A stretch of 64,000 nt of DNA from an uncultured Holophaga sp. GTDB lineage: Bacteria > Acidobacteriota > Holophagae > Holophagales > Holophagaceae. The notes beneath the pieces were generated by a model that saw only the letters and a list, made by a program, of their open reading frames with translations, was not told the origin of the DNA and made no database searches. The DNA lies in NCBI GenBank assembly GCA_963664825.1, contig OY761614.1, positions 3,072,001 to 3,136,000 on the forward strand. The letters are read 5' to 3'. The position numbers and the translations under genes were made by a program. Below are positions 46,137 through 56,972 of the stretch, in pieces (position 1 is the stretch's first letter; each line of letters opens with the position of its first letter).

Positions 46137-48062
46137 ATGACCATTGCCCTCAGTCTGGTCAAGGTGAGCAAGCGCTACGGCGCCCAGCCCATCCTGGAGG
46201 AGCTTTCCTTCGGTCTGCAGCAGGGGGAGAAGGTCGGCCTCATTGGGCGCAACGGCACGGGGAAGTCCACGCTGTTCAAGATCCTTTCCCACGAGGAAAC
46301 CCCGGATTCCGGGGAGGTCGTCACGACCCAAGGGCTGCGGGTGGCGCGCCTCGCCCAGGATCCCCACTTCGAGCCTGAGGCCACCATTCGCCAGGCCCTG
46401 GAATTCGCCCTGGCCGATCACGCCACCCTCATCGCACGCCACGGCGAGATCCACGAGGAACTCCACCAGCGCCAGGGCGACCGGGGGGCCGAAGCGCGGC
46501 TGCACCTGGAACTGGAATCCGTGGAACTCCATTTGGCTCACATGGGCTGGGATCTGGAGCCCCGCCTGAAGGAGGCCCAGACCACCTGGGGGCTGGAGGA
46601 CCTGGAGGTCCAGGTGGAGTCCCTCTCCGGGGGCTGGCGCAAGCGAGTGGCCCTGGCCCAGGCCTGGCTCAAGGACCCGGATGTGTTGATCCTGGACGAG
46701 CCCACCAATCATCTCGATCCCGAACAGGTGGAAAAGCTGGAGGCCTGGCTCCAGGGCTTCGGGGGCGCGCTGCTGCTCATCACCCACGACCGGCATCTGC
46801 TGGATGGGGTGGTGGACCGCATGCTGGAATTGGAAATGGGGCGCCTCACCAACTACGAGGGCAACTACAGCGACTATCTGCTGGAGAAGGCGGACCGGGA
46901 ATATCGGGAATCCCGCCTCACGGAGCACATGCAGAACCGCCTGCGCCGGGAGATGGCCTGGCTGGGGCGGGGCGCCAAGGCCAGGACCCGCAAGAGCAAA
47001 CTGCGCATCCAGGATGTGCTGGACCTGAAGGACGACGTGGCCGAGCGCAACCGGGACGAGAGTCGTCAGGCCATCCAGTTCAAGGGCGGCGAGAATCGCA
47101 GCGATGCCCTGCTGCAGGTGAAGGGCCTGGAATTCGCGTACGAAGGGGGCCCTGAACTCATCGGGGGCCTGGATCTCTCCCTCCAGCGGGGGATGCGCGT
47201 GGCGCTGCTGGGGCCCAACGGTTGCGGCAAATCCACGTTCCTCAATCTGATCCTAGGGGAGCTGAGTCCCACCCGCGGCGAGGTGAGCCGCCACCCCAAG
47301 CTCTCCCTCTCGGCCATCTCCCAGGGCCGGGGCGAGCTGGATGGCTCCTTGAGCATCCTGGATAACCTGGCGGATCGCGTGGCGGTGGTGAAGCTCCAGG
47401 ATTCCGTGATCCACGCCCACGTCTACCTGACGAACTTCGCCTTTCCCGTGGAGCAGCAGGGACGGCTGGCTGCGACGCTTTCGGGCGGCGAACGAAACCG
47501 CCTGCTATTGGCCAAGGCCATGCTCCTGCCCTCCGATCTGCTGGTGTTGGATGAACCCACCAACGATCTGGATATCGCCACCCTTCAGAACCTGGAGGAA
47601 GCCCTGGTGGAATACCCCGGCACCCTGCTGCTGGTGAGCCATGACCGCTTCTTCCTAGATCAGGTGGCCACCCACACGCTGGCCTGGAACCCCCAGGGAA
47701 CGCGGCGCTGGGAGCTCTACGAAGGGAATCCCGATACCGTCAAGCGCCTGCGCGCGGCGCGCCTAGCCCAGGAAGCCCCGGTCAAGGCGGAGACGGTCAA
47801 GGCCGCCCGCACCGATGGGCACCACGGGAAGAAACCCGGCCTCAGCCAGAAGGAACAGCGGCGCGTGGTGGAGATCGAGGATGCCATGGCCTCGCTGCAC
47901 GCCCGCATCGCGGAGTTGGACGCCCTCACGGCCGATCCCATGGCCTTCGCTAGCGCCGACGCGCCGGGCCATCAGGCCCTGAAGGACCGGGACGCCGCCA
48001 AGGCCCAGCTCGACGAAATGGAGATGGCCTGGCTGGAGCTGGAGGAAAAGCGCCAGGGGTGA
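46137..48062 (+). CDS. uup: ABC-F ATPase, Uup-like
   Basis: Two ABC domains (GRNGTGKST, GPNGCGKST), WLGRGAKARTRKSK linker, C-terminal coiled coil. Confidence 0.85.
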   Translation: MTIALSLVKVSKRYGAQPILEELSFGLQQGEKVGLIGRNGTGKSTLFKILSHEETPDSGEVVTTQGLRVARLAQDPHFEPEATIRQALEFALADHATLIARHGEIHEELHQRQGDRGAEARLHLELESVELHLAHMGWDLEPRLKEAQTTWGLEDLEVQVESLSGGWRKRVALAQAWLKDPDVLILDEPTNHLDPEQVEKLEAWLQGFGGALLLITHDRHLLDGVVDRMLELEMGRLTNYEGNYSDYLLEKADREYRESRLTEHMQNRLRREMAWLGRGAKARTRKSKLRIQDVLDLKDDVAERNRDESRQAIQFKGGENRSDALLQVKGLEFAYEGGPELIGGLDLSLQRGMRVALLGPNGCGKSTFLNLILGELSPTRGEVSRHPKLSLSAISQGRGELDGSLSILDNLADRVAVVKLQDSVIHAHVYLTNFAFPVEQQGRLAATLSGGERNRLLLAKAMLLPSDLLVLDEPTNDLDIATLQNLEEALVEYPGTLLLVSHDRFFLDQVATHTLAWNPQGTRRWELYEGNPDTVKRLRAARLAQEAPVKAETVKAARTDGHHGKKPGLSQKEQRRVVEIEDAMASLHARIAELDALTADPMAFASADAPGHQALKDRDAAKAQLDEMEMAWLELEEKRQG

Positions 48063-48123
48063 CGGGCCGAAGGCCAGCGCTCCGGAAAATCCAAGGGGGC
48101 CTCGCGGCCCCCTTGGATTCCTG

Positions 48124-50205
48124 CTACTGCCAGTGGCTGAAGTCGGCCACCCGCAGGAAGGCCTGGCGCAGCCGGTGCAGGAGCGCGAGGCGTGCGGCTC
48201 GGAGTTCCGGATCCTCGCATTTGACCATCACGGCCTTGAAGAAGGCCTCCAGGGGCTGGGCCAGTTCGGCCAGGAGTTCCAGGAGGGTCCCGTGATCCGG
48301 GGCCTGCTCGAGTTCGGCGAGGCGGAGGGCGAGGGCCCTTTCCTCCTCCTGCTGGAGCGTGCCGGCGTCGAAGGTCTCGGCAGGGCTTTCATTGATGAGG
48401 ATATTGCCGATGCGCTTGGCGCTCATGCCCAGGCTCTCGAAACGGGCGTCCTCCGCAAAGCCGGAGAGCGCTTCGCAACGGGCCTTGAGATCCACGAGAT
48501 CCGTCCAGCCCGTGGCCAGGGCCGAGCGGCGCACGGGGCCCGGATATCCCGCGAGCTCCAGCTGGTAGGCCACGCGGTCCCGGAAGAACATGAGGAGGGC
48601 CTCCCGGGTCTCGGCTTCGGGTTTGGTGGCCCGGGCCTTCACGGCGCCGAGCCCCTCTTCCACCAGCTTGGCGAGATCCAGCTTCCAGCCCTGTTCCCAC
48701 AGGATCCGCACGATGCCTTGTCCCGCGCGGCGCAGGGCCAGCGGGTCCTTGCTCCCGGAGGGGATCTGACCGATGGCGAAGCAGCCCGCCACCGTGTCCA
48801 GCTTGTCGGAGATGGCCAACACGCCCCCCATGGGCGTGCTTGGGATTTCCCCCGCGGCGCTCAAGGGCCGGTAGTGCTCCTTCACGGCCCTCCAGACGTC
48901 TTCGGGCTGGCCTTCCTGCCGGAGGTATTCGCCGCCCATGATGCCCTGCAGCTCCGGGAATTCCCCCACCATGAGGGTCACGAGATCGGCCTTGCAGAGC
49001 CGCGCGGCCTCTCCTGCCAGGGCCCCATTGAGGCCCTGATCGCTGGCGAGCTGTTCGGCGATGCGCGTGATGCGCTGGGTCTTCTCCACGTAGCTGCCCA
49101 GTTCCCGGTGGAAGGTCAGATGGGAGAGCTTCTCCAGGCGGGTCTCCAGGGGCGTGCGCCTATCCTCGGCGAAGAAGAATCGGGCGTCGTAGAGCCGGGC
49201 CTTGAGCACCCATTCGTTGCCGCTCTTCACGAAGCCTTCGGGATCATCGGGGCGGTTGGCGGCGGTGAGAAAATAGGGCAGCAGGCCGCCCTTGTCGTTC
49301 TCGATGCAGAAGGACTTCTGATGCTCCTTGAGGCTGGTGACCAGCACTTCCTTGGGCAGGTCCAGGAAGGATTCCGGGAAGTCGCCCCGCAGGATCTTGG
49401 GGCATTCCACGATCTCGGAAAGCACCGTGAGCAGTTCCTCATCGGCCACCACGTGTCCGCCGATTTCAAGGGCGAGCTGCTCGAGCTGGGCCTTCATGGC
49501 GTCCCGGCGCTTCCCGCAGTCGACCACCACTCCTGCTTTTTCGAGGGTGGCCTCGTAGGCCTCGGGGGCCGGGATCTGCACGGGTTCGGGATGGTCCATA
49601 TGGAAGAGGCGATGGCCCCAGGTGCTGCTTCCGGCCTTCACGCCATCGACTTCGAAGGGCACGATCTCCTCTCCGAAGAGACAGAGGATATTCCGGATGG
49701 GGCGCACGAACTGGAATTCGCTCGTGCCCCAGCGCATGGCCTTGGGCACGCTGAGGCCCGCGATGATCCGGGGCAGGGCCTCGGAAAGCAGCTCCACCGT
49801 GGGGCGCCCGCGCTTCAGGAGCGTGACCACGGCGCAGGGCTCCTTCTTGCCCTTGGGCTGTTCGAAGCGGACGGCGGCAAAGTCCACGCCCCACTTCTCG
49901 GCGAACTTGAGGCCCGTCTGGGTGGGCGCGCCCGCTTCGTCCACGCACATGCGCTGGGGGGGGCCCACCTGGGTATCGGTCTGGTCGGCCTGTTGGAGCG
50001 GCAGATTTTGGATGCGCCAGGCCAGCTTGCGGGGGGAGAGGAATCCCTGGATGCGCATCCCGTAGTTGGCGCTGTCGCCAGTGGGGAACCAGGCCTCCAG
50101 ATCGTCTTCCAGCTTGTGGCTGAAATCGTTCACCAGCGGCTTCAGGAAGCGCGCGGGGATCTCTTCGCAGTGCAGTTCCAGCAGGAGGGTGCGGGTCTCC
50201 ATCAC
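48124..50205 (-). CDS. glyS: glycine--tRNA ligase beta subunit
   Basis: [39 protein letters not shown]. Confidence 0.96.
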   Translation of the reverse strand: MMETRTLLLELHCEEIPARFLKPLVNDFSHKLEDDLEAWFPTGDSANYGMRIQGFLSPRKLAWRIQNLPLQQADQTDTQVGPPQRMCVDEAGAPTQTGLKFAEKWGVDFAAVRFEQPKGKKEPCAVVTLLKRGRPTVELLSEALPRIIAGLSVPKAMRWGTSEFQFVRPIRNILCLFGEEIVPFEVDGVKAGSSTWGHRLFHMDHPEPVQIPAPEAYEATLEKAGVVVDCGKRRDAMKAQLEQLALEIGGHVVADEELLTVLSEIVECPKILRGDFPESFLDLPKEVLVTSLKEHQKSFCIENDKGGLLPYFLTAANRPDDPEGFVKSGNEWVLKARLYDARFFFAEDRRTPLETRLEKLSHLTFHRELGSYVEKTQRITRIAEQLASDQGLNGALAGEAARLCKADLVTLMVGEFPELQGIMGGEYLRQEGQPEDVWRAVKEHYRPLSAAGEIPSTPMGGVLAISDKLDTVAGCFAIGQIPSGSKDPLALRRAGQGIVRILWEQGWKLDLAKLVEEGLGAVKARATKPEAETREALLMFFRDRVAYQLELAGYPGPVRRSALATGWTDLVDLKARCEALSGFAEDARFESLGMSAKRIGNILINESPAETFDAGTLQQEEERALALRLAELEQAPDHGTLLELLAELAQPLEAFFKAVMVKCEDPELRAARLALLHRLRQAFLRVADFSHWQ

Positions 50206-51092
50206 TTCACCTCCTGGGCTTGGGCGGTCTCGAATTCCAGGTAGGCCCTGGCGCAGGCGCAGGCGAGATCGCGCACGCGCTTGATGATGCCGGGGCGCTC
50301 GGTGGTGGAGACGGCGCCCCGGGCATCCAGCACGTTGAAAGTGTGACTCATCTTGAGGGCCTGGTCGTAGGCGGAGCGGAAGTGGCCGTGGTCCTTGACC
50401 ATGCGCCAGCCCTCCTTTTCGAATTCGGTGAAGAGCATCTGGTGCAGTTCGAGATTGGCGTGTTCGAAGCTGTAGGCGCTCAGTTCGAATTCCTCCCGGT
50501 GGCGCACGTCCCCATAGGTGATGGGGAAGACGCCCTGGTCGGTCTTCACCTCGCCCCAGGTGAGATCGAAGATGTTATCGATGCCCGAGAGGAACATGCA
50601 GATGCGTTCGATGCCGTAGGTCAGTTCGGCTGATACCGGCCGACAATCGATGCCGGCCATCTGCTGGAAGTAGGTGAACTGGCTGATCTCCATGCCATCG
50701 AGCACCACCTGCCAGCCCACGCCCCAGGCGCCCAGCGTCGGGGATTCCCAGTTGTCCTCCTCGAAGCGCAGATCGTGCTTGCGCATATCGATGCCCAGGG
50801 CCTCCAGGCTCTCGATATACATCTCCTGCACCTTGGCGGGGGAGGGCTTGAGGATCACCTGGAACTGGTGGTGCTTGTAGACGCGGAATGGGTTTTCGCC
50901 GTAGCGGCCGTCACCGGGGCGGCGGCTGGGCTCCACGTAGCCCACGTTCCAGGGCCTTTCACCCAGGGCGCCGAAGAAGGTGAGCGGATTCATGGTGCCC
51001 GCGCCCTTCTCGATATCGTAGGGCTGGCCCACGAGACAGCCGCGATCGGCCCAGTAGCGCTGGAGGCGAAGGATCAATTCTTGGACATGCAT
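50202..51092 (-). CDS. glyQ: glycine--tRNA ligase alpha subunit
   Basis: [38 protein letters not shown]. Confidence 0.97.
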   Translation of the reverse strand: MHVQELILRLQRYWADRGCLVGQPYDIEKGAGTMNPLTFFGALGERPWNVGYVEPSRRPGDGRYGENPFRVYKHHQFQVILKPSPAKVQEMYIESLEALGIDMRKHDLRFEEDNWESPTLGAWGVGWQVVLDGMEISQFTYFQQMAGIDCRPVSAELTYGIERICMFLSGIDNIFDLTWGEVKTDQGVFPITYGDVRHREEFELSAYSFEHANLELHQMLFTEFEKEGWRMVKDHGHFRSAYDQALKMSHTFNVLDARGAVSTTERPGIIKRVRDLACACARAYLEFETAQAQEVK

Positions 51093-51266
51093 GGCGAACC
51101 CGCATAAAACCTAGATTCTACCTGGATCGCGCCGGGAATTCGACGGCGGATTGTGGGCTCGGGGTCTGGGGGTGCCCTCCCTGAAGCGCGGGAAGCGGGA
51201 TCTGGAGAAGGCCTTCGGGAGAATTCCTAATCGCTGATAGAATCCTTTTTTACTCAGGGAATCCCC

Positions 51267-52214
51267 ATGTCCAAAAAAATCGCACTCATCGCCATCGGCG
51301 GAAACGCCCTGCTCAAGGAGAAGGAGCAGGGGCTCCAGGAAGAGCAGTTGGAGAACGCACGGGAATGCGCCGAGATGTTCGCCAATGTCATCCAGGCGGG
51401 CTACAGCCTCTGCGTGGTCCACGGCAACGGCCCCCAGGTGGGCAATATCCTCATCCAGCAGGAGATGGGCGCCAACAAGATCCCGCCCTACACCCTGGAT
51501 ATCGCCGACGCCATGACCCAGGGCTCCATGGGCTACATCATCGAGCGGATGCTCATCAACCGCCTGCGCTACATCAAGCACGAATGCCCCGTTAGCACCG
51601 TGCTCACGGAAGTCGTCGTGGACAAGAACGACCCGGGCTTCGAGAATCCCACCAAGCCCGTGGGCCCCTTCTACACGGAATTCCGCGCCGTGGAACTCCA
51701 GAAACAGAAAAAATGGCACATGAAGGAAGACGCGGGCCGCGGCTGGCGGAAGGTCGTGCCCTCGCCCAGGCCCCTGGAGATCATCCAGCTGGAGGCCGTG
51801 AAGCTCCTGCTGGAGGCCGGTCACTGCGTCATCGCCGGTGGTGGCGGCGGCATCCCCGTCATCCGCGACGCCAGCGGGTTTCTCGTGGGTGTGGAGGCCG
51901 TCATCGACAAGGACCGCCTTTCCAGCCTGCTGGCCGAACAGCTGGGGGCCGATACCTACGTGATCCTCACCGGCGTGCCCAAGGTGGCCACCGACTTCGG
52001 CAAACCCACGCAAAAGTGGGTGGATCGCATGACCCTCACGGAGGCGAGGAAGCACTTGGCCGATGGCCAGTTCCCCGCCGGGAGCATGGGCCCCAAGATC
52101 GAATCGGCCATGGCCTTCATCGAGGCCGGCGGCCACGAGGTGCTGATCACCAGCCCCGAGGCGCTGGGCAAGGAATCCTATGAAACGGTGGGCACGCGCA
52201 TTGTGCGGGATTAA
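51267..52214 (+). CDS. arcC: carbamate kinase
   Basis: IGGNAL, HGNGPQVG, PTKPVG, GGGGIP, EAVIDKD, GSMGPK. Confidence 0.95.
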   Translation: MSKKIALIAIGGNALLKEKEQGLQEEQLENARECAEMFANVIQAGYSLCVVHGNGPQVGNILIQQEMGANKIPPYTLDIADAMTQGSMGYIIERMLINRLRYIKHECPVSTVLTEVVVDKNDPGFENPTKPVGPFYTEFRAVELQKQKKWHMKEDAGRGWRKVVPSPRPLEIIQLEAVKLLLEAGHCVIAGGGGGIPVIRDASGFLVGVEAVIDKDRLSSLLAEQLGADTYVILTGVPKVATDFGKPTQKWVDRMTLTEARKHLADGQFPAGSMGPKIESAMAFIEAGGHEVLITSPEALGKESYETVGTRIVRD

Positions 52215-52225
52215 GTCTTTCTGGG

Positions 52226-52268
52226 TTCACAAAAATGGAGCGCGAATTTTGCGTTCCATTTTTGTGAA
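52226..52268. terminator. 18-bp inverted repeat after carbamate kinase
   Basis: TTCACAAAAATGGAGCGC-loop-GCGTTCCATTTTTGTGAA. Confidence 0.5.
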
Positions 52269-52297
52269 ATGGGAAAAAACAAGAAGGAGAAAAGCCC

Positions 52298-52591
52298 ATG
52301 TACGCCATTGCCATCGTGCGCTACCGCAAACCCCTGGAGGAGATTCTCAAGGTCCTGGAGGCGCACCGCGCCTATCTGCGAGGCCTCAAGGAAAAGAAGG
52401 TATTGCTGGCCTCCGGTCCACTGGATCCCCGCAATGGCGGCGCCCTGCTGCTGCGGGTGGAGGATGAGAACGCGCTGAAGGCGCTCGATCAGGTGCGGGA
52501 TGGCGATCCCTTCATCCGGGAGGGCGTGGCCCAGTACGAACTGCTCCCCTGGATTCCGGGGATCGGCGTCGAGGATCTGGACAGGCTCTGA
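52298..52591 (+). CDS. YciI family protein
   Basis: HRAYL, LASGP, GG, DPF. Confidence 0.85.
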   Translation: MYAIAIVRYRKPLEEILKVLEAHRAYLRGLKEKKVLLASGPLDPRNGGALLLRVEDENALKALDQVRDGDPFIREGVAQYELLPWIPGIGVEDLDRL

Positions 52592-52611
52592 CCACTCCTC
52601 GCCGGTCCTGA

Positions 52612-52650
52612 AACGAAACAAAAGAGGAGGGCCCCAAGGGCCCTCCTCTT
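52612..52650 (-). terminator. intrinsic terminator between convergent genes
   Basis: AAGAGGAGGGCCC-CAA-GGGCCCTCCTCTT, with T-rich tail on the minus strand. Confidence 0.8.
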
Positions 52651-52668
52651 GAAGATGGAACCAACCGC

Positions 52669-53700
52669 CTACTTCACGTTCTTCAGGCTGGGGTCGGCCA
52701 GCATGGCTTTGACCTCGGCGGAATGCTTGCCCGCGGGTTCCAGCGCCAGGTATTTTTGGAGATTGGTCTTGGTGCCCTTGAGATTCATCTCCGTGAATTC
52801 GCACATGGCCAGTAGGTAATAGGCCTCGGCGAATTCGGCCTTGATGGCGATGGCCTTCTGGAGGAAGGGCTTGGCCTCGGCCAGCTTGCCGGCATTGTAG
52901 AGCTCGACGCCCTGGTTATAAGCCTGTTCTGGGCGGGGGCCCAGGATGGTATCGAGGGCGGCCTGATACTTCTTGGAGCCCTCGGCATCCTGCTTGGCGT
53001 TGGAAACATCGAGCAGGTAGACGATGGCGTTCTGATCCTTGGGGTTCCGCTCGAAGGCCTTGAGCAGCATGGGCTCGGCCTTGGCCATGAACTCGGCCTT
53101 CCTGGCCTCATCGGTCTTGGCCACCTCCATCAGGCTGAAGGCGAAGGGACGCTCGATGGTGATGAGCTTCTTCTCTGTTTCGGCTTTGACGGTGGCATCG
53201 GTGGCTTTGGCCAAGGATTCGTCGAGATCCTTCGTGGCCGATTCGAAGAGGGGGAGTGCCTCGGCAAACTTCTTCTCATTATAGAAACTCACGGCCTGAT
53301 TGTAGGACTCGAGCCCTTTTGCCTCGGCGACGGCGGAGGGGTCCACCGCCGCGGTCGCCTTGCCGGATTTGACCGCCTCACTGGGCGTTAGCAGGACGAC
53401 ATCCTTCTGGAGGACGATGCCCACGCCGATATGATCCTGGTCCTTCATCTCGCAAAAGCCCGGTGCGCTTACGGTGATCGCGTAGTCTCCCGGCGTGAAC
53501 CCCACCTGGAAGAACTTGCCCTGGCCATTGACCTTCAGCTCCTTGGTCCAGTTGATGCCGATCTTGCTCACGACGACCTTGACGCTGGGGACAGGTTTGC
53601 CTTTCGAATCCAGCACCTTCCCCTGTAGGGATCCCGTCGACTGCGCCGCCAAGCTGAGACCCATGGTCATGGTGATGAGGGCCGGGACAATCATCTTCAT
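52669..53700 (-). CDS. secreted carboxypeptidase-regulatory-like domain + TPR protein
   Basis: Signal peptide, GKVLDSKGKPV..GDYAITVSAPGF, TPR repeats. Confidence 0.85.
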   Translation of the reverse strand: MKMIVPALITMTMGLSLAAQSTGSLQGKVLDSKGKPVPSVKVVVSKIGINWTKELKVNGQGKFFQVGFTPGDYAITVSAPGFCEMKDQDHIGVGIVLQKDVVLLTPSEAVKSGKATAAVDPSAVAEAKGLESYNQAVSFYNEKKFAEALPLFESATKDLDESLAKATDATVKAETEKKLITIERPFAFSLMEVAKTDEARKAEFMAKAEPMLLKAFERNPKDQNAIVYLLDVSNAKQDAEGSKKYQAALDTILGPRPEQAYNQGVELYNAGKLAEAKPFLQKAIAIKAEFAEAYYLLAMCEFTEMNLKGTKTNLQKYLALEPAGKHSAEVKAMLADPSLKNVK

Positions 53701-53948
53701 ACAACCTCCCAATTCTCACTCATGATCTCATTTCTGAGGGGAGTTGAGAAGTGGGGCGCTCAAATCGTAAGCCGTGATACGCTTCCAACAATTCCAGGGG
53801 TTAGGATGAACGTTGCGGTTCCTGAACCGTCCCTTTCTGCATGGGTGCGGCTGCTCACCGGGCAGACTCTACTGGTCGTGGGCGTTCGCCAGCCCTTGCA
53901 AATCCTGGGTCTCGCTCCTGTCAGGGGCCCGGAAGAAGGAGTCCGTCC

Positions 53949-55793
53949 ATGAAGGTGTCTCGAAGCTTCCCCGTCCTGCTGGCCCTGCTTCTGGCCTGTT
54001 TCTCCGGGAATGCCTTCCGATTGGCGGCGGCCACCGGGGAGACGGCGCCCGGCATCGCCCTGGCCCACCGAGTCGAGCGTCTGAAGACGGCCCTGCGCTC
54101 CGGGGACCCGGCTTCGATCGAGAATGCGGCCCATGAGGTCGAGCTCCTGCGCAGGAACTACGGCACCCTGGATGTCACCCCCCTGGTGGAGGCCATGGCG
54201 GTCTGGGCCCAGCAATTGGGCAATCAGGGCAACGCCGAACTGGGTCTCAAGGTCGTCCGGGCCATCGAGGAACGTTGGGCCCCCCACAACCCGACCCTCC
54301 TGGGCACCCGGATCCGGCTCCTCCGCCAGGACGGGATCAAGGGCTACATCCTGAGCCTTCCGGATGTGACCGAACTCACGCGCCTCAGGCTCGTCCATCC
54401 CACCCACCGCTGGCTCTGGATCGTTCAACACGCGGCTTGGCTGCGCATGATGGCCACCCTGCTGCTCTGGGGGTGGACGGTGGCGCTTGCGCTCCGCTAC
54501 CGGCGTGTCCTGCGCTACCTGTGGGAGGAACCCCTCGCCAAGCGCGGGCTCGGTTCCCTGCCAATGGCCTTGATGGGGGCCTTCCTCTTGGCTCTCCCCA
54601 TTATCCTGGGCTTCGATCCTGGTGTGGCGGCCCTGCTCTGGATCTGGCTGCTGGCGCCCTATATGCGCACCCTGGAGGTCAAGGCGACCTACCTGGTGAT
54701 CGCCCTTCAGCTCCTCCACCCCGCGCTAGCCATCCTGGAGCCCAAGGCTCAGCAGATACCGGAGCCCAGCATCGTGACGTTGCAGGTGCAGCCCCAGGTC
54801 CGGGGCCTGGAGGAGGGCCGGATCCAGGCGCTCCCCTCTTCGGACAGGGTCTTCCTCCGGGGTTGGGAAGAGTTGCAGGGCCAGAACTGGCGGGGCGCCG
54901 AGGCCACCTTCCTGGCCTTGGTGGGCAAGCACCCCGACCAGGCGGAAGTGCTCAACAATCTGGGTGCTGCCCGTTTCCAGTTGGGCCAACAGACCGAAGC
55001 CGAACAGGACTTCGAGAAAGCCTTCCAGCTCTCCCCAGCCAGCCCCCAGATCCTGCTCAACCAGAGCGTGATCGCCTTCAAGAAACTGGATAGCCCCACG
55101 GGTATCGCCAAGCAGGAGGAGGCCCGCCGCATCGCTCCTGAGGTCTATGAGGGCCTGAAGAATGCCAGCCAGTCTGGCACGGAGCAGCGGGCCTTCGCGC
55201 TGCCCTTGCCGGATTCACCGTCTCGCACCGAGGCCCTCAAGGCCGGGAGGAACGGGGTTCCGGTGGTCCAGCGTCCCCAGACGCCCATCCTCGTCTTCGG
55301 CTTCGTGCTTCCCCTGGTGGCCCTGCTGGCCTTCATGATCCGCTTGGCCCGCAGCATCAAACAGGCCCATCCCACCCAGTGCCTGCGCTGCGGGGAACCA
55401 TTCCACACCACCGATAGCCCCGATGTGGAGGTCTGCTCCAAATGCCACCACCTGTTCGTGATCAAGGATGGCCTCCACGGTGAGAGCCGGAAGCGGAAGG
55501 TGGATGAGGTGACGGCCTTCCAGGGCGCTCAGCGCTGGATCCACCGCAGCCTGGTGGTGCTGGTCCCTGGTGCTGATCTCTGTTTCCTGGGCGATACCCA
55601 GCAGGGTTTCGTGGAACTGCTCTTCCTGTGTTTTGCCCTGGGGATTGTCTTTGCCACCGGCCGCAGCGTTCGCTATCCCGGCGAGATCCTCCCCGATCCA
55701 TCCTCCACGTGGCTCCCGCTGGGGTTGATCCTGCTCACCATCCTCTTTTTCCGTTCGTGGTTGAAGCTGCTGCCGCGACGGCGCCGCTCCTGA
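53949..55793 (+). CDS. multi-TM TPR protein with CxxC..CxxC Zn ribbon
   Basis: Several TM segments, TPR (VLNNLGAARFQLG), CLRC..CSKC; ATG 53949 after AAGGAG. Confidence 0.8.
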   Translation: MKVSRSFPVLLALLLACFSGNAFRLAAATGETAPGIALAHRVERLKTALRSGDPASIENAAHEVELLRRNYGTLDVTPLVEAMAVWAQQLGNQGNAELGLKVVRAIEERWAPHNPTLLGTRIRLLRQDGIKGYILSLPDVTELTRLRLVHPTHRWLWIVQHAAWLRMMATLLLWGWTVALALRYRRVLRYLWEEPLAKRGLGSLPMALMGAFLLALPIILGFDPGVAALLWIWLLAPYMRTLEVKATYLVIALQLLHPALAILEPKAQQIPEPSIVTLQVQPQVRGLEEGRIQALPSSDRVFLRGWEELQGQNWRGAEATFLALVGKHPDQAEVLNNLGAARFQLGQQTEAEQDFEKAFQLSPASPQILLNQSVIAFKKLDSPTGIAKQEEARRIAPEVYEGLKNASQSGTEQRAFALPLPDSPSRTEALKAGRNGVPVVQRPQTPILVFGFVLPLVALLAFMIRLARSIKQAHPTQCLRCGEPFHTTDSPDVEVCSKCHHLFVIKDGLHGESRKRKVDEVTAFQGAQRWIHRSLVVLVPGADLCFLGDTQQGFVELLFLCFALGIVFATGRSVRYPGEILPDPSSTWLPLGLILLTILFFRSWLKLLPRRRRS

Positions 55794-55802
55794 GGTAGAC
55801 CC

Positions 55803-56972
55803 ATGGCTCTAGAAGGCTCCCTCCGGGATTTCGATCTGTTCTCCCTTTTCAACATGATCAAGACTCAAGGCAAGAGCGGCACCCTCGTGCTCTCCCGAGG
55901 GCAGGAGTTCGTGAAGGTCTTCTTCGATCAGGGGGATATCGTCGGCTGCGACTCCAATCAGGTGCGCATGGAGGATCGGGTGGGCGCCATGCTCGTGCGC
56001 CTGGGGCGGCTCTCCGGCGATGAACTCCTGGGCATGATCCAGAAACAGCGGCAGACCCTCAAGCGCATGGGCACCCTGCTCCTCGAATCCGGGAAAGTGA
56101 CCAGTCAGGATCTCCAGGACGCGCTCTTCAATCAGGCCATGTCCATCATCTACCGGACCTTCCGGTGGATCGAGGGCGACTACCGCTTCGATTCCATGCT
56201 CCCCCCGGAACTGGATCGGGAGAATTTCCCTGCCATCCCCGTCGACACGGTGCTCATGGAGGCCGCCCGGATCATGGACGAGTGGCCCGAGGTCCAGCGG
56301 AGGCTCCCGGATAACACCCTCCCGCTCCAGAGGACGGCCAAGGCCATGGCCCTCAAACTGGATCTGGACCAGGAACTCTCCTCCATGTTCGAAGGGCGGG
56401 GGGGCTCTCATTCGGAGCGTTCCGGCCTGACTCACGAACAGGAGACGGTGCTCACCTACGTCGGTGAACCCCAGAGCATTCAGAGCATCCTGCAGATCAC
56501 CCGCTACGATGAGCTCGATACCTGCAAGGTGATCGCCGATCTGCTTGAGATGGGGCTCCTGGAGATCTCCCAGGAGCACGTGATGCACGTGACTCCCCCG
56601 TGGGAATTGCCCTTAGAGGTTCGGCGGGAGCCCTTGGAAGCCGCTGGCCCTTCCCCCTGGTTCTGGCCTCTCGTGGTGCTGCTGGTCCTGGCTCCGGTAT
56701 TGACCTATGTGCCCCATTCCAGGGCCTCCCTCAATCTGGGGCTGGCCAGCCTCCAGCCAACGGATGTCCACATCCTCGCCGATCCCGTGACCCAGGAGCG
56801 CCAGGCCTTCGTCCTGCGGATGGTCTCTCCAGGGGATGGCGGCGCCGCCATCGCGAGGTCGCTGGGGATTTCGCTCCTGGAGAATCAGAAGGCCGCTCCA
56901 GATTTGACTAAACGGCCCGACCCGCTCTTCGAACCGGCCTCGGCGCCTCTTCCTCTCCGGAAGACGCCCTAG
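55803..56972 (+). CDS. DUF4388 (PATAN-like) domain protein with C-terminal TM
   Basis: MALEGSLRDFDLFSLF..KSGTL..FDQG, FRWIEGDYRF, LMEAARIMDEW. Confidence 0.85.
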   Translation: MALEGSLRDFDLFSLFNMIKTQGKSGTLVLSRGQEFVKVFFDQGDIVGCDSNQVRMEDRVGAMLVRLGRLSGDELLGMIQKQRQTLKRMGTLLLESGKVTSQDLQDALFNQAMSIIYRTFRWIEGDYRFDSMLPPELDRENFPAIPVDTVLMEAARIMDEWPEVQRRLPDNTLPLQRTAKAMALKLDLDQELSSMFEGRGGSHSERSGLTHEQETVLTYVGEPQSIQSILQITRYDELDTCKVIADLLEMGLLEISQEHVMHVTPPWELPLEVRREPLEAAGPSPWFWPLVVLLVLAPVLTYVPHSRASLNLGLASLQPTDVHILADPVTQERQAFVLRMVSPGDGGAAIARSLGISLLENQKAAPDLTKRPDPLFEPASAPLPLRKTP

